A stretch of DNA of 58,430 bases from an uncultured Candidatus Peribacteria bacterium (GTDB lineage Bacteria > Patescibacteriota > Gracilibacteria > Absconditabacterales > Absconditicoccaceae). The stretch is taken from positions 1-58,430 of the forward strand of contig CAZACQ010000003.1 of NCBI GenBank assembly GCA_964483725.1, written 5' to 3'. The notes beneath the pieces were generated by a model that did no database searches, was not told the DNA's origin, and saw nothing but the letters and a program-made list of their open reading frames with translations. Below, one piece after another: positions 35,691 to 46,592 of the stretch (position 1 is its first letter; each line of letters begins with the position of its first letter). The translations under genes and the position numbers were made by a program.

Positions 35691-36078
35691 TTTTTTTAAT
35701 AAAATTATTAAAACTGAAGTCAAAATTATTAATTATTTCTTTCTTTATAAGTTTTTTTTCAACTGTTTCAACTCTTTCTTTTAAATCCAATGTGTATTTT
35801 TTATTAAAAACTATAAAAATTTTATAATAGTTTTTTCAAAATCTTTTTTTTATATATCATTTTTTATTTATATAATCTACAATAGATCTTTTAATAAAAT
35901 TCCTTACAACTGCTTTTTTTGATAATTTTGTAGATAACTGTAAAGAAAATTGATTATATTTTCTGTTTGGATATTGTTTATAATAAAAAAAAGTAAAATA
36001 TTTTCAAGAAATCAAATTCTGTTTTCTAAAAAGAAAATTAATATCTTTACCATTTAATCTATATATTTTTTTTAACAT
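35665..36078 (-). CDS. rnpA: ribonuclease P protein component
   Basis: ATG 36078 to TAA 35665 (137 aa). It is a very basic protein, with LSTKLSKKAVVRNFIKRSIVDYI matching the RnpA S-KK-G-AV-RNR-KR motif. Confidence 0.7.
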
Positions 36079-36997
36079 CAATATTTTCAATATTTAAAAT
36101 AAATTCAAAAACAGCATTTTCAAAGCCCACATTATATCTTAGTTTTTCTCTTAGTGAAATTATATCATTAATAATTAAATAATATCATTTATTATAAAAA
36201 TTATATCACAAAGCATCTAAAAATAGTTCAAAAATTCAAATTTCACGAAAATAAGAAATATCTTTGAGTTTTTGGTTATATTTTCAATTAGATTGAAGTA
36301 AGTCTAATAAAGAATAGAATTTATCTCTTATCTCAGAAAATGATACAGATAAATTATTCTCTCATTTAAGAAGCTTTATTGCATATCAAATTCTTCAAGA
36401 AGAGAAGTATATAGCATCATCTATATCATCTTTTTGGAATTCTGGATATGAATCATATACACAATCTCTAATCACATCAAATTCAGGTATTTCAAACTTA
36501 ATTAGAAAAGCTCTTGATAATATTGTCTCAAGTAATATATTTTTATTAGATGTTGTTGCAAATATATAAACATTAGAAGGAGCTTCTTCAAATGTCTTTA
36601 AAAATGCATTTGCAGCATTTATATTCATCCTATCTATATTTTCTATTAATAATACTTTATACTTTCAAGTTGGTGTTTTACTCAGCCAGTCTATTATTTG
36701 CCTTGCTCAATAATCATATATATTTCACAAAGAAGGAATATCAATATAAGGATTTTTTGAATTATCAACCCTAATTATATGATTTTTTCACAAATAATCT
36801 GAATAATCTTTAATATACAAAAAGTCTGAATAATAATATTCAGACAATATTCTTTTTACATTATTTTTCACTAAAGTTGTTTTTCAAATATTACTTGCTC
36901 AAGATAAAATAAAAAAATTTATATCTAAAGAATCATCCTTTATTTTATTAAAAATATTATATAAATTATCTTGAGCTGATTTGTTTCAACATATCAT
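36059..36997 (-). CDS. holB: DNA polymerase III subunit delta'
   Basis: ATG 36997 to TAG 36059 (312 aa). Motifs are GASNIGKTTL and VLLIENIDRMNINAANAFLKTFEEAP...ETILSRA. Confidence 0.75.
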
Positions 36998-37026
36998 AAA
37001 TTTTATGAAAATATAATTATCTAAAT

Positions 37027-39318
37027 CTAGTCTCTTATTCTTAAATTAACAGTACCAACAACTCTAGGATAGTCTTCATATTCAACAACAACTCTAATTC
37101 TATAATCTCAAGCTTCATCATATGTAGTCGTAGCAGTTGCATAAGACCTTCACTCTCATGAAGCTGTTCTTCAATTTCAAAAATCCCACTGTATACTATC
37201 AATTGATCAATCAGTAGAAACTTCAAACTCTACTCTATCTCAAACTCTAGCACTTTGTGTTGGATGTGAAGGTATATTTATATCAGCAGATCTTTGTTCT
37301 CTTTGCACAAAAACCTTCTGACATATTTCTTCTGATTCTCATTCTCTAGTCCTAACTGTAACACAAGCATCATATTCTCAATCACCTCTATCGGAATCAA
37401 AACTATATGTATGAGAAATTTGTCATTGATTAGAATTAGATATGGTTTCTCAGTCTCAAAAATCCCAAGAATAATAAACTATACTATCATCAGGGTTAGT
37501 AACTCTAGACGCAGAAGCATCTAAATTTACTCTTAAAGGCTCTTCTCAGGAATCAGGTGAAAGCTCTAAGATAGGTATAACTGGCAATTCTTCAACAATA
37601 ACATCAATATTTTCACTTACCACATTTCACCTATTATCTTCCACTTCTATCTCAATATCATAAGATCATTCTTCTCATCTAAATTCGTATTCAAAAGAAT
37701 CATCTCATTCTGATAAAAATGTTTCTCAATCAAACAATACAGATAAATCATAAGAAGCATCTGGATCAGGATCAATATCATCAACCACTACTCTAATATC
37801 CGTTGGTATAACATCAATTTCTAACTCAAAATCTTCATTCAAATCTACTTGAGTATAATCTAATTCAGATCATCTTTTCAAATATATTGAATAATCTATT
37901 TCATAACTATCAACTAAAGAATAAAATTCCTCCGATTCACATGTTCAAACTTCTCAGTCAGAAGTTTCATAAGATCAATATATAATATAATTTTCTCATT
38001 CTGATAATGGGACATTAAAACTTCAATCTCTTGATGTTTCTTCTTGTTCTACAAGATCTTCTGAAAGATTAACAATTTCAATATCATAAGTTTGTGGTGA
38101 AGCAGATGCTGGAGCAGATACATCAATACTATAATTATTTCAAGATCTAGGATCATAAGAAATATTACAACTAGGAACTGATGATTCTTGTGTTCTAAGA
38201 GCTATCAAGTAATAATCATCTGAAATATCAGGAAGCCTAAAATGAACATTATTAAGTCTAGCATCTCTAAATGTATGAACCAAATTACTAGTATTTGATT
38301 GATCAACTTCTCAATCTCAAGTAAGATCCCAATCAACATTAACTTCTGGCAATCAAAGATCAGTAAACAATGATCAAGCATCAAACCTTACATTTGAAGG
38401 AGTCTGACCAATCAACATTTCAGTTCTTGATTGATTCATATCATATGATCATCAATTCACAGATATATTTATTTCTGAATCAAAAGACAAAGACATAACA
38501 TTCTCACTTAAAGAAGTATCTTGTCATTCCGACATATAATTAACTACAAGCTCTATATCATAATCTCACTGACTAGTATAAAGACACTCTCAGTCAAAAA
38601 ATCAACTATCTCAAAATATATTTCAAGATTTTTCTAGTGTCTGTCAATTATCACAATCAATCTCTAAACTACTTATATTTTGTACATTTCAAACTTCAGA
38701 AGGCAAACTATCTATAAAGACTCATTCATTAACCTGGAATCTAAAATATGATGGAGCAATTAATGGGCGCTCTCAAATTAGTTCAATTTCTCATCACTTT
38801 TTTAGTAAATATCAATTAACAAGATTGTCAGTAGCAATTTCTACTTCTCAAGTTAAATCATTAATATTAATAATACTTATTGTTCAAAAAACTAAACTAA
38901 CAAGCAAAAATATTCATCATAACAAAGATCAAATTATATATTTGAATTTTGATAATTTTACTGTGAAGAACTTATATAAATTTGACACCAAAAGGAAAAA
39001 AGAGAAAAAGAATAGTAATCAAAAGAAAAGAACAGCAAAAATCATAAGCAAATTTCTAACTGTCTCTACCTCAAGTCACACAGCTGATAAAGTATCAGGA
39101 TTAGTTATCACCCAATATAATGCTCAAATTGTAATAAGTAAAAATAAAAAGAAAAATCAAACACATCAAATTATAAATCATTTAATAGATATAGAAGATC
39201 ACCTTTTAACTTTATTTGTTTGATGTGTTTTAGAAGCCTGTCTATTTTGGTTCGTAGACTTATTATTATTAGACTGATTATTTACAGTACTATTGTTTTG
39301 TTTATCTTGTTCAGACAT
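37027..39318 (-). CDS. membrane-anchored PKD-domain surface protein
   Basis: ATG 39318 to TAG 37027 (763 aa). Three N-terminal TM helices. The C-terminal PKD repeats contain YYSWDFGDGETISN...HTY and IQWDFGNGRTASG...Y..AGDYRIRVVV. Track ORF 37041..37226 is an off-frame artefact. Confidence 0.75.
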
Positions 39319-39470
39319 TTTATATTTTTTATAGGTTATAAAATTTATAAAGAATATTATTAAAAATATCTAAAAATTCAATAGAAAAAAATAGCATCAT
39401 TTCTTTAATCTTGATTTTTGAATTCAAAACTATATAAAATAATCATTTAAAATATTAGACTAAATGATAT

Positions 39471-41585
39471 ATGATAGAAAAATTACAAATAGAAGAAAAA
39501 AGCAAGAAATTTCTATGGGAATGAAAAAATTTTGAACTAAAAACATGAAAGTTAGCTAGTCAATCAGATTGATCAGTTGTTGTAAGTTTATGAGACACAT
39601 CATTATTAGTGACGGCAGTAATGAATGAAAGTCCTGATGAAGATAAGGATTTTATGCCACTTACTATAGATTGTAGGGAATCATTTTATGCAGCATGAAA
39701 AATTTGATGAGCAATATATATTAGAAGAGAATGAAAACCATCAGAAAGAACAGTCTTAGTTTCTAGACTTACTGACAGACCTATAAGACCTATGTTCCCT
39801 GAAGGTATGATAAACGATGTAGTGATTACAATAACTCCCCTAAGTGTAGATAAAGAAAATTCAATGTGAGTACCAAGTATAATATGAGCAAGTGCAGCTT
39901 TAAAAATGGCATGAATACCTTTTGAATGACCAGTATGAGCAGTTAAAATTTGATACAAAGATTGAGATTTTATAGTAAACCCTACATACAGTGAGGTTAA
40001 TGAATGAACACTAGAATTAACATTAGCTGGAACAGAAGACACTATTACTATGGTTGAATGTTGAGCAAAGGAAATACCTGAAGATATCCTTATAGAAGCA
40101 TTTAAAATATGACAAGAAGAAATAAAAAAAATTTGTAGTAAACAAAAAGAATTTTTGGAAAAATTTGAAATTGAAGAAAGAGAGATAAAAACAAATAAAC
40201 CAAGTGAAGATTTAATTTCATATATAAAACAATTAATTGATAAAGAAAGCTTGGAGGGTCTTATACCAAGTTGAAAAAAGGAATTTAACAAAAAGATTGA
40301 TAAAATAGAAGAAAAAGTATTATCTTTAGTAAATGAAAAAATTGAAGATAAAGAAAATAATATATTTACAAAATCAAAAGTAAATTCAGCTTTATTTAAA
40401 ATAGTAAAAGAATTCATTAGAGATAAAATATTAAACAAAGAACAAAGAGTTGACTGAAGAGAATTAAATCAGATAAGACCACTTTATTGTGAAGTTTGAC
40501 TAAATAGTAGAATACATTGAATATGATTATTCCAAAGATGAGAGACACAAGTATTTTCAGCAACTACTCTAGGTGCACCATGAGATGTACTATTGGTTGA
40601 TGATATGGAGTCAGATGCTGAGGAAGTTAGGTTTATGCATCATTATAACATGCCAGCATTTAGTACAAATGAAGCAAGACCTTCAAGAGCTGCTAGTAGA
40701 AGAGAAATATGACATTGAAAACTTGCAGAAAAAGCAATACTACCTGTATTACCCAATGAAGAAGATTTTCCATATACATTAAGAGTTGTTAGTGAAGTAT
40801 TTTCTTGTAACTGATCAACATCTATGGCAAGTGTATGTGCAAGTACATTATCTTTAATGGATGCATGAGTTCCTATTAAAAATCCTGTTAGCTGAATTGC
40901 TATGTGACTAGTAAGCGATTGAGAAAATTATAAAATTTTAACAGATATACAGTGAGTTGAAGATTTTACATGAGATATGGATTTTAAGGTTGCATGAACT
41001 AAAGAATGAATAACTGCACTTCAAATGGATATGAAAATAAAATGATTAAAAATGTCAGTTATTAAAGAAGCTATTTCTACAGCAAACAAAGCTAGATGAG
41101 ATATACTAGATTTTATGTTAGAAACTATTGATAAACCATCAGAAGAATTAAGTATACATGCACCTAAGATAACTACAATAAAATTGAAGCCTAGTCAAGT
41201 TAGAGAAGTTATTTGATCTTGATGAGCTAATATCAATGAAATAACTAAACAAACTTGAGTTAAAATAGACTTTAAAGAAGATTGAACTACAATAATTACA
41301 GCTAAAGACTCTGAATCAGAAAAACATGCAATCAAAATGATAAAAGATAGTACTTGGAACCCTGAAGTATGACAAGTTATAGAAGGTACAATAAATAGAG
41401 TTGAACAATATTGATTATTTGTAGAAGTATGAAAATGAAAAACATGACTTTGTCATGTAAAAAACTTATGAAAATGATTTATAAGTGACCCTAAAACACA
41501 GTACAAAGAGTGACAAAAAATTAGAGTTAAAATAATAGGTATAGATGAAAATAGTTGAAAAATTGAATTGAGGAAAGAAGAGTAA
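39471..41585 (+). CDS. pnp: polyribonucleotide nucleotidyltransferase (PNPase)
   Basis: ATG 39471 to TAA 41583..41585 (704 aa). Motifs are [30 protein letters not shown]...[11 protein letters not shown] and [14 protein letters not shown]. The C-terminal KH+S1 region contains [21 protein letters not shown]. Confidence 0.9.
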
Positions 41586-41608
41586 TTTTATATATATAAA
41601 ATAAAACA

Positions 41609-41908
41609 ATGGCTATTGTATTCGAAGTTTTTAAATGAGTATTCTTCTTAATGTCAATCATAGTATGATTATTTTTTCTTAGATGAGATTATTTTATGTC
41701 TGAAACAAGCTTTGAGCTATACTGAACAATATTAATGCCAATATATATTATAATGGCATGAGTAATGATATGATATATAGCATCAGTAATATGGATTATT
41801 AAAGATGATATAAAAGAAGAAGCTGAAAAAAATAAAGTATATACAAAAACTTTTGCTATATGAACTTTTATTTGAGTATTATCATGAATAGTTTATATAT
41901 TTATTTAA
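41609..41908 (+). CDS. small membrane protein (99 aa)
   Basis: ATG 41609 to TAA 41906..41908. Three hydrophobic helices. Confidence 0.5.
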
Positions 41909-41915
41909 ATCAAAA

Positions 41916-42461
41916 ATGAGATTTTTAATATTAATTATATCACTAATATTTCTTAGCTGATGCTTTGGTTGATGATACGAAAAAAAAGAAATTAGCTTCG
42001 AAGATAAGTTTACTATGAATATTAATGAAAGTTTTGATAATGTATGAAAGTGACAGTTTGATTGACAGCAGATTTCAAAAAAAATAATAAAAGCATTTTT
42101 AGAACGTGAACAAGATTCCGATTTTAATGATAATTTTATAGTTACAAAAAGAGAAATAAAAACTGAGGTTACTCCAGAAGTATTTTCTGAATGAAATTAT
42201 AAAAATATTCAAAGACAGATTACTTGACTTAGAAATATATCATGATTAAGAAAACATGAATTTACTTGTAATTGAAAAAATATTATATGATACTACTCAA
42301 TGTTTAATGTTCATCAATCTATATTTGACGAAGATACAAAATACTATTTACTACAGTATTATTTTATTTATAATGATAGATGATATATATTATCATTTTC
42401 TTCTAGTGATGATAGATATGATGAGTTTATAGAAAGTATTGAAAGTATATCATGTAAATAA
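41916..42461 (+). CDS. lipoprotein (181 aa)
   Basis: ATG 41916 to TAA 42459..42461. The N-terminus MRFLILIISLIFLSGC has a lipobox whose Gly is encoded by TGA. Confidence 0.6.
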
Positions 42462-42485
42462 TTTTATATTATTATATTTAATAAA

Positions 42486-43241
42486 ATGTCAAACAATCTT
42501 GTAATAGAACCTTATAATCCAACACCAGTTTGAATGATATGAAAATTCTGAATTGGACTTATAATATGATTAATGATTGCATTTTTTATATTTATTTTAC
42601 TGATGGTATTCTGAGGTCTTTTTGATGAAGCAATAAGATCAACAATGTGAGGAAATGCTTCAGCAAATCCAGTATTATCACTTATAATAATGATAATAGC
42701 ATTTCTTGCAGCATTTTTATGAAATGTAATGGTTTGAATAATATATAACTTATTTTTCAACAATAAATACTATGATCTAGGTAAAACACTTAGTTTAGTA
42801 TCTATTATTAATATATTTCTGTTTTTCATAATGGCATTAATATATGTTGTTTATAATTCTAATGCAGAAGTACTATTTCTTGTATTAGCATTTCATATAT
42901 TTTTTGCAGTTTTCTTATCTATCACAATAATGGAAATTGCAACTAATCCAAATTATAGTTGAGTACATATGATTTGAGCAACTATATGACTTATAATTTC
43001 CATACTTATATTCCTTATTGTATATAATACATTAAATATTGGTATATGAGATTGAATAGAAATGCTATTTATACTTCCTCCATTATTATCTTATACAATA
43101 GTACCATTATTACATTCTTTATGGGAAAAATTATATTATAAATTTTATGAAGCTGGTAATAATTTCTTATACATACCAAGTATTGATGAGGTACTTGTAA
43201 ATGAAGAAGATGAAGATGATGTTAATGTAGAAAATTTATAA
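42486..43241 (+). CDS. multi-pass membrane protein (251 aa) with acidic C-terminus
   Basis: ATG 42486 to TAA 43239..43241. About 6 hydrophobic helices. The tail reads NEEDEDDVNVENL. Confidence 0.6.
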
Positions 43242-43258
43242 ACTTATAAAATTAAAGT

Positions 43259-43624
43259 ATGATATTTTATCATATATGATCACTAATAAAAATTATAATT
43301 GGACTAAGTGTAATATACTTACTATATAACTATATAAATATATATCAAGATCCATTGATTGCTATAGGTTTCTGATTTTTTTGACTATTTTTAGTTACTT
43401 GGTGAGTTAGTTTTTATATATTTTTCATATTACAAAAATTTTTTTCAAAACTTGATAACCTAAAAATATCATCAAAAAGCTATAAATTATCTTTACTATT
43501 TTGATTATTTTTATTGATTAATTTATCATTTGTAATACTAGAAGAACGAAACAAAATAATATGATTAGCAATATTAATAATCTTTATAATTTTACATATA
43601 GTTACTATGCTAGAAAATGAATAA
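43259..43624 (+). CDS. small membrane protein (121 aa)
   Basis: ATG 43259 to TAA 43622..43624. Four hydrophobic helices. It overlaps the next gene by 8 nt. Confidence 0.5.
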
Positions 43625-43919
43625 AAAAGAAAACATTATTGAAATTTTGGAAGAAGTATATGATCCAGACTTCCCTGCTATTGATATATATAATTTATGA
43701 CTTATCTATGATATAAATATTGAAAAAGATTGACTTATTTTTATTACTATGACATTAACCACCCCAGCCTGCCCATCTGCTGATTTAATAATGTCAATGA
43801 CTAAACAAGCTATATTAGATAATTATCCAGATCATGAAGTAGAAATTGAACTAACATTCGAACCACTATGGTCACCTGCAATGATAAAAGATGAAGATTT
43901 AAAAAGAATGTTTGAATAA
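43617..43919 (+). CDS. DUF59/MIP18-family Fe-S cluster assembly protein (SufT/PaaD-like)
   Basis: ATG 43617 to TAA 43917..43919 (100 aa). Sequence contains VYDPDFPAIDIYNLGLIYDI...ITMTLTTPACPSADLI. Confidence 0.75.
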
Positions 43920-43920
43920 A

Positions 43921-44889
43921 CTATAAATCATTTAAGAATTTTTTATATTGCTTTGCAACATAATAACGAAGATATATTGTAGCAAATATAGAATCAAGAT
44001 TTAATAAAACACCATGTATAGCTACCTTTGTTTGAGTATCTAAAACATCATCAGACATACGGTAAAACAAAAGATTAATCAAAAATAAAGCAATAATTAC
44101 AACTATATTTGCCCTTTGAAATGGTTGTTCCCACACTTCCTGTGATCATACTTTAAATCATTTTGATTTTATTTTTTGTATCCAAACTGAAAAAGTACCA
44201 ATTACATTATCTGCATTTGAGTATGAAGATGTATATAGTGCTTTTAATAAATCAGAATTTCAACCAGTGATATAGGAAATAAAATGTAAAAAAGGTCATG
44301 CCACAGAAGATGCCAAAAAACTACTTAAAGCATAAGTATTCAGTCAGTCCATTTTAAAATTTTTATTTTTTATAGACATTTTGAATCTTTGCAAAAATCA
44401 TCATATAGTATCTCAATTTCATGAAACCCGTCTAACAATAGCTTCAGCAATTCAGTCTTCTTTATATCATAATGCATCTGCAATCATTCAAACTCATATT
44501 CATCATGCGAATCAAGCAAACATTCAATTACCAAAATCAAGATATTCATCAATATCATTTTTTACTAAGTAATCATCTAGCTCTTTTGCTTTTAGTAAAA
44601 AATTATCATACCAAGATTGTAGTTTTTTTCAATCATCTGTATCCTTTATACTTTCCCAATAATCTCAATAAAATCAATTATAAATATTAAAATTAATATC
44701 TAAACTTGGATCTTCTTTCAAATGTTTAAAAATATATGATGTATCCTTTAGTAAATCCAAAATCAATATATCAATTGAATTCTTTCAAGATAGGGTTTCA
44801 GATAATTCTTTTCAATCAGAACTTAATAAGTCTGATAATGATATATCATTTTCTATTTTCTCAAAGAATTTACTCTCAAAAGAATACAT
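43921..44889 (-). CDS. hypothetical protein with glycine-zipper segment and C-terminal TM helix
   Basis: ATG 44889 to TAG 43921 (322 aa). It extends track ORF 43921..44136 through 13+ TGA. The central segment is FGNGMFAGFAGGIGVGMIADALGY. Confidence 0.6.
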
Positions 44890-45035
44890 AACTATAAATA
44901 TAAGGTTTAAAGTCAACTGATGTATACATAAATAAAAATAAATGTCAATTAAAAAAAAGTAATAATGATTGACAATTTTAATTTAATATATATACATCAT
45001 TAATATAATTATTTAGATTAATAAAGAAAATTTTT

Positions 45036-45824
45036 ATGGATAAAATTAAAACTCAAGAACTTAATGAAGACTTACCTAAAAAATTAGAATCAGCATGGAT
45101 GTATATATCTACTTTACTTATATGAAATGATATAAATACCCTAAAAGAAAATGAAAAACTAATAAAAGTTTTACAAAATGCAAGTGAAAAAGTAGCAGAA
45201 AACTTATGAATAGATTATTATGATATTAGTGATGAAGATATAATATGAAAGCTAGAATCCATACAAGACCTTATAGCTAAGGCGATGGAGAATTACGAAA
45301 ACAATAATTTAGACTACTCAAGAAATTCAGTTGATATAATACTTAAAACAGCTGAAAGACTTGAACATTGATTAAAAACTCCATTAGAAAAAACTGATAT
45401 ATCAGAAGAAAGTAAAAAAGAGCTAGATAAAAAGATTTTTGAACGATTATTAAAAACTCAAGAAATTTACTGAGAAGTTTTTATGAATAGAGTTTTAATT
45501 TTAAATAAACAATGACAAGAAGTATATTACCATTCATGATGAGTTGAAGAAGTTTTCCAAGAAGATATAAAACCACTAATTGAACAGCATAATAAATGAA
45601 CGTGATTAGTAAAATTAAGAGGACAAGAGTGAGAATATTTTGATATCCTTATAACAACATGATCTTGAGAGGATGCATATAAAATACTTCTTGATAATAG
45701 TGAAGGTACTATAGAATCAATAACTGCTTGAGCTGAAGAATGAGTATGGAAAAAATTAAGTTTAGAAGTAATATATTTAGCACAAGAAGTAAGTAAAATA
45801 TTAGAAAATGAAAAAACAGATTAG
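45036..45824 (+). CDS. hypothetical protein (262 aa)
   Basis: ATG 45036 to TAG 45822..45824. Helical and acidic. No family recognised. Confidence 0.6.
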
Positions 45825-45898
45825 TAATTTCTAATATTAAAAAAATAAATAACTATTATTTTATATTTATTAGAATTTTTATATATTCTATATTTGAT

Positions 45899-46576
45899 AT
45901 GGACTGAAAACAAATAAATAATTCATTAAATTTGATACAATCTTATTATAGATTTTTATATTTATGACTTTTCCTAGAAGATATAATAAAAGAAAATGAT
46001 ATAAGTCAATTTGCAAAAGATGTAAATATAAAAACTTGAGAAAATACTTCTTTCAAACTTAAACAACAAACAATTCAAAGCTTATTGAAAGAAATATACA
46101 ATAATCCTGATAAACAAAACATATTTTGATACTTTACTCAGTTAACAATGTTTAGATGAATTTCTGCAACAATGAAAGAGTTAGTTGAAGAAGAAAATAA
46201 TTTTAAGAGTTTCTTACAATCAAGCTTAAAAAGTAAATATTTTGATTTTGAACAAATAATTAGATTTATAAGGAATATACTATCACATAATATAGATACT
46301 AATATTATTATAAAACAACAAGACTATGCTAGCCAGAAAATTTATTTACTATCAAGATGAAAACATATTGTTAATTTTAATTTTAGATACAAAAAAATTT
46401 TTTGACAATATTGGACATGAGACCCAAAATACTGAATAAATATGAAGATAAATTTTAAAAAGATATCTCATAACGATAAATTCTTTAATATAATAAGTTT
46501 ACATGATTTATTTTTATTGTCAGAATTATGCTATAATTTAGTTCAAATATATAAACACAAAAAAAAGAAAGCTTAA
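45899..46576 (+). CDS. Abi-like / HEPN-motif (Rx4H) protein
   Basis: ATG 45899 to TAA 46574..46576 (225 aa). It contains ...EQIIRFIRNILSHNID..., where RNILSH is an R-x4-H motif in a context resembling Abi_2/AbiD-type proteins. The family assignment is from memory, not from a search. Confidence 0.5.
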
Positions 46577-46592
46577 TAGCTTTCTTTTTTTT
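46559..46592. terminator. bidirectional intrinsic terminator
   Basis: AAAAAAAAGAAAGCT-TAAT-AGCTTTCTTTTTTTT. The TAA of 45899..46576 sits in the loop. The convergent gene 46591..49272 ends in the T-run. Confidence 0.7.

Noticed and set aside
37041-37226. Track ORF of 61 aa (MKFLLIDQLIVYSGIFEIEEQL...).
   Set aside because: It is off-frame relative to the PKD-domain gene. The true frame reads ...IQWDFGNGRTASGEG...AGDYRIRVVV with TGA=Gly and ends at TAG 37027.
39686-40438. The longest ORF in the supplied track (250 aa, minus strand).
   Set aside because: It is antisense to pnp (39471..41585), whose plus-strand frame gives textbook PNPase motifs once TGA is read as Gly. The minus ORF is low-complexity Ser/Ile/Phe-rich sequence with no start context.
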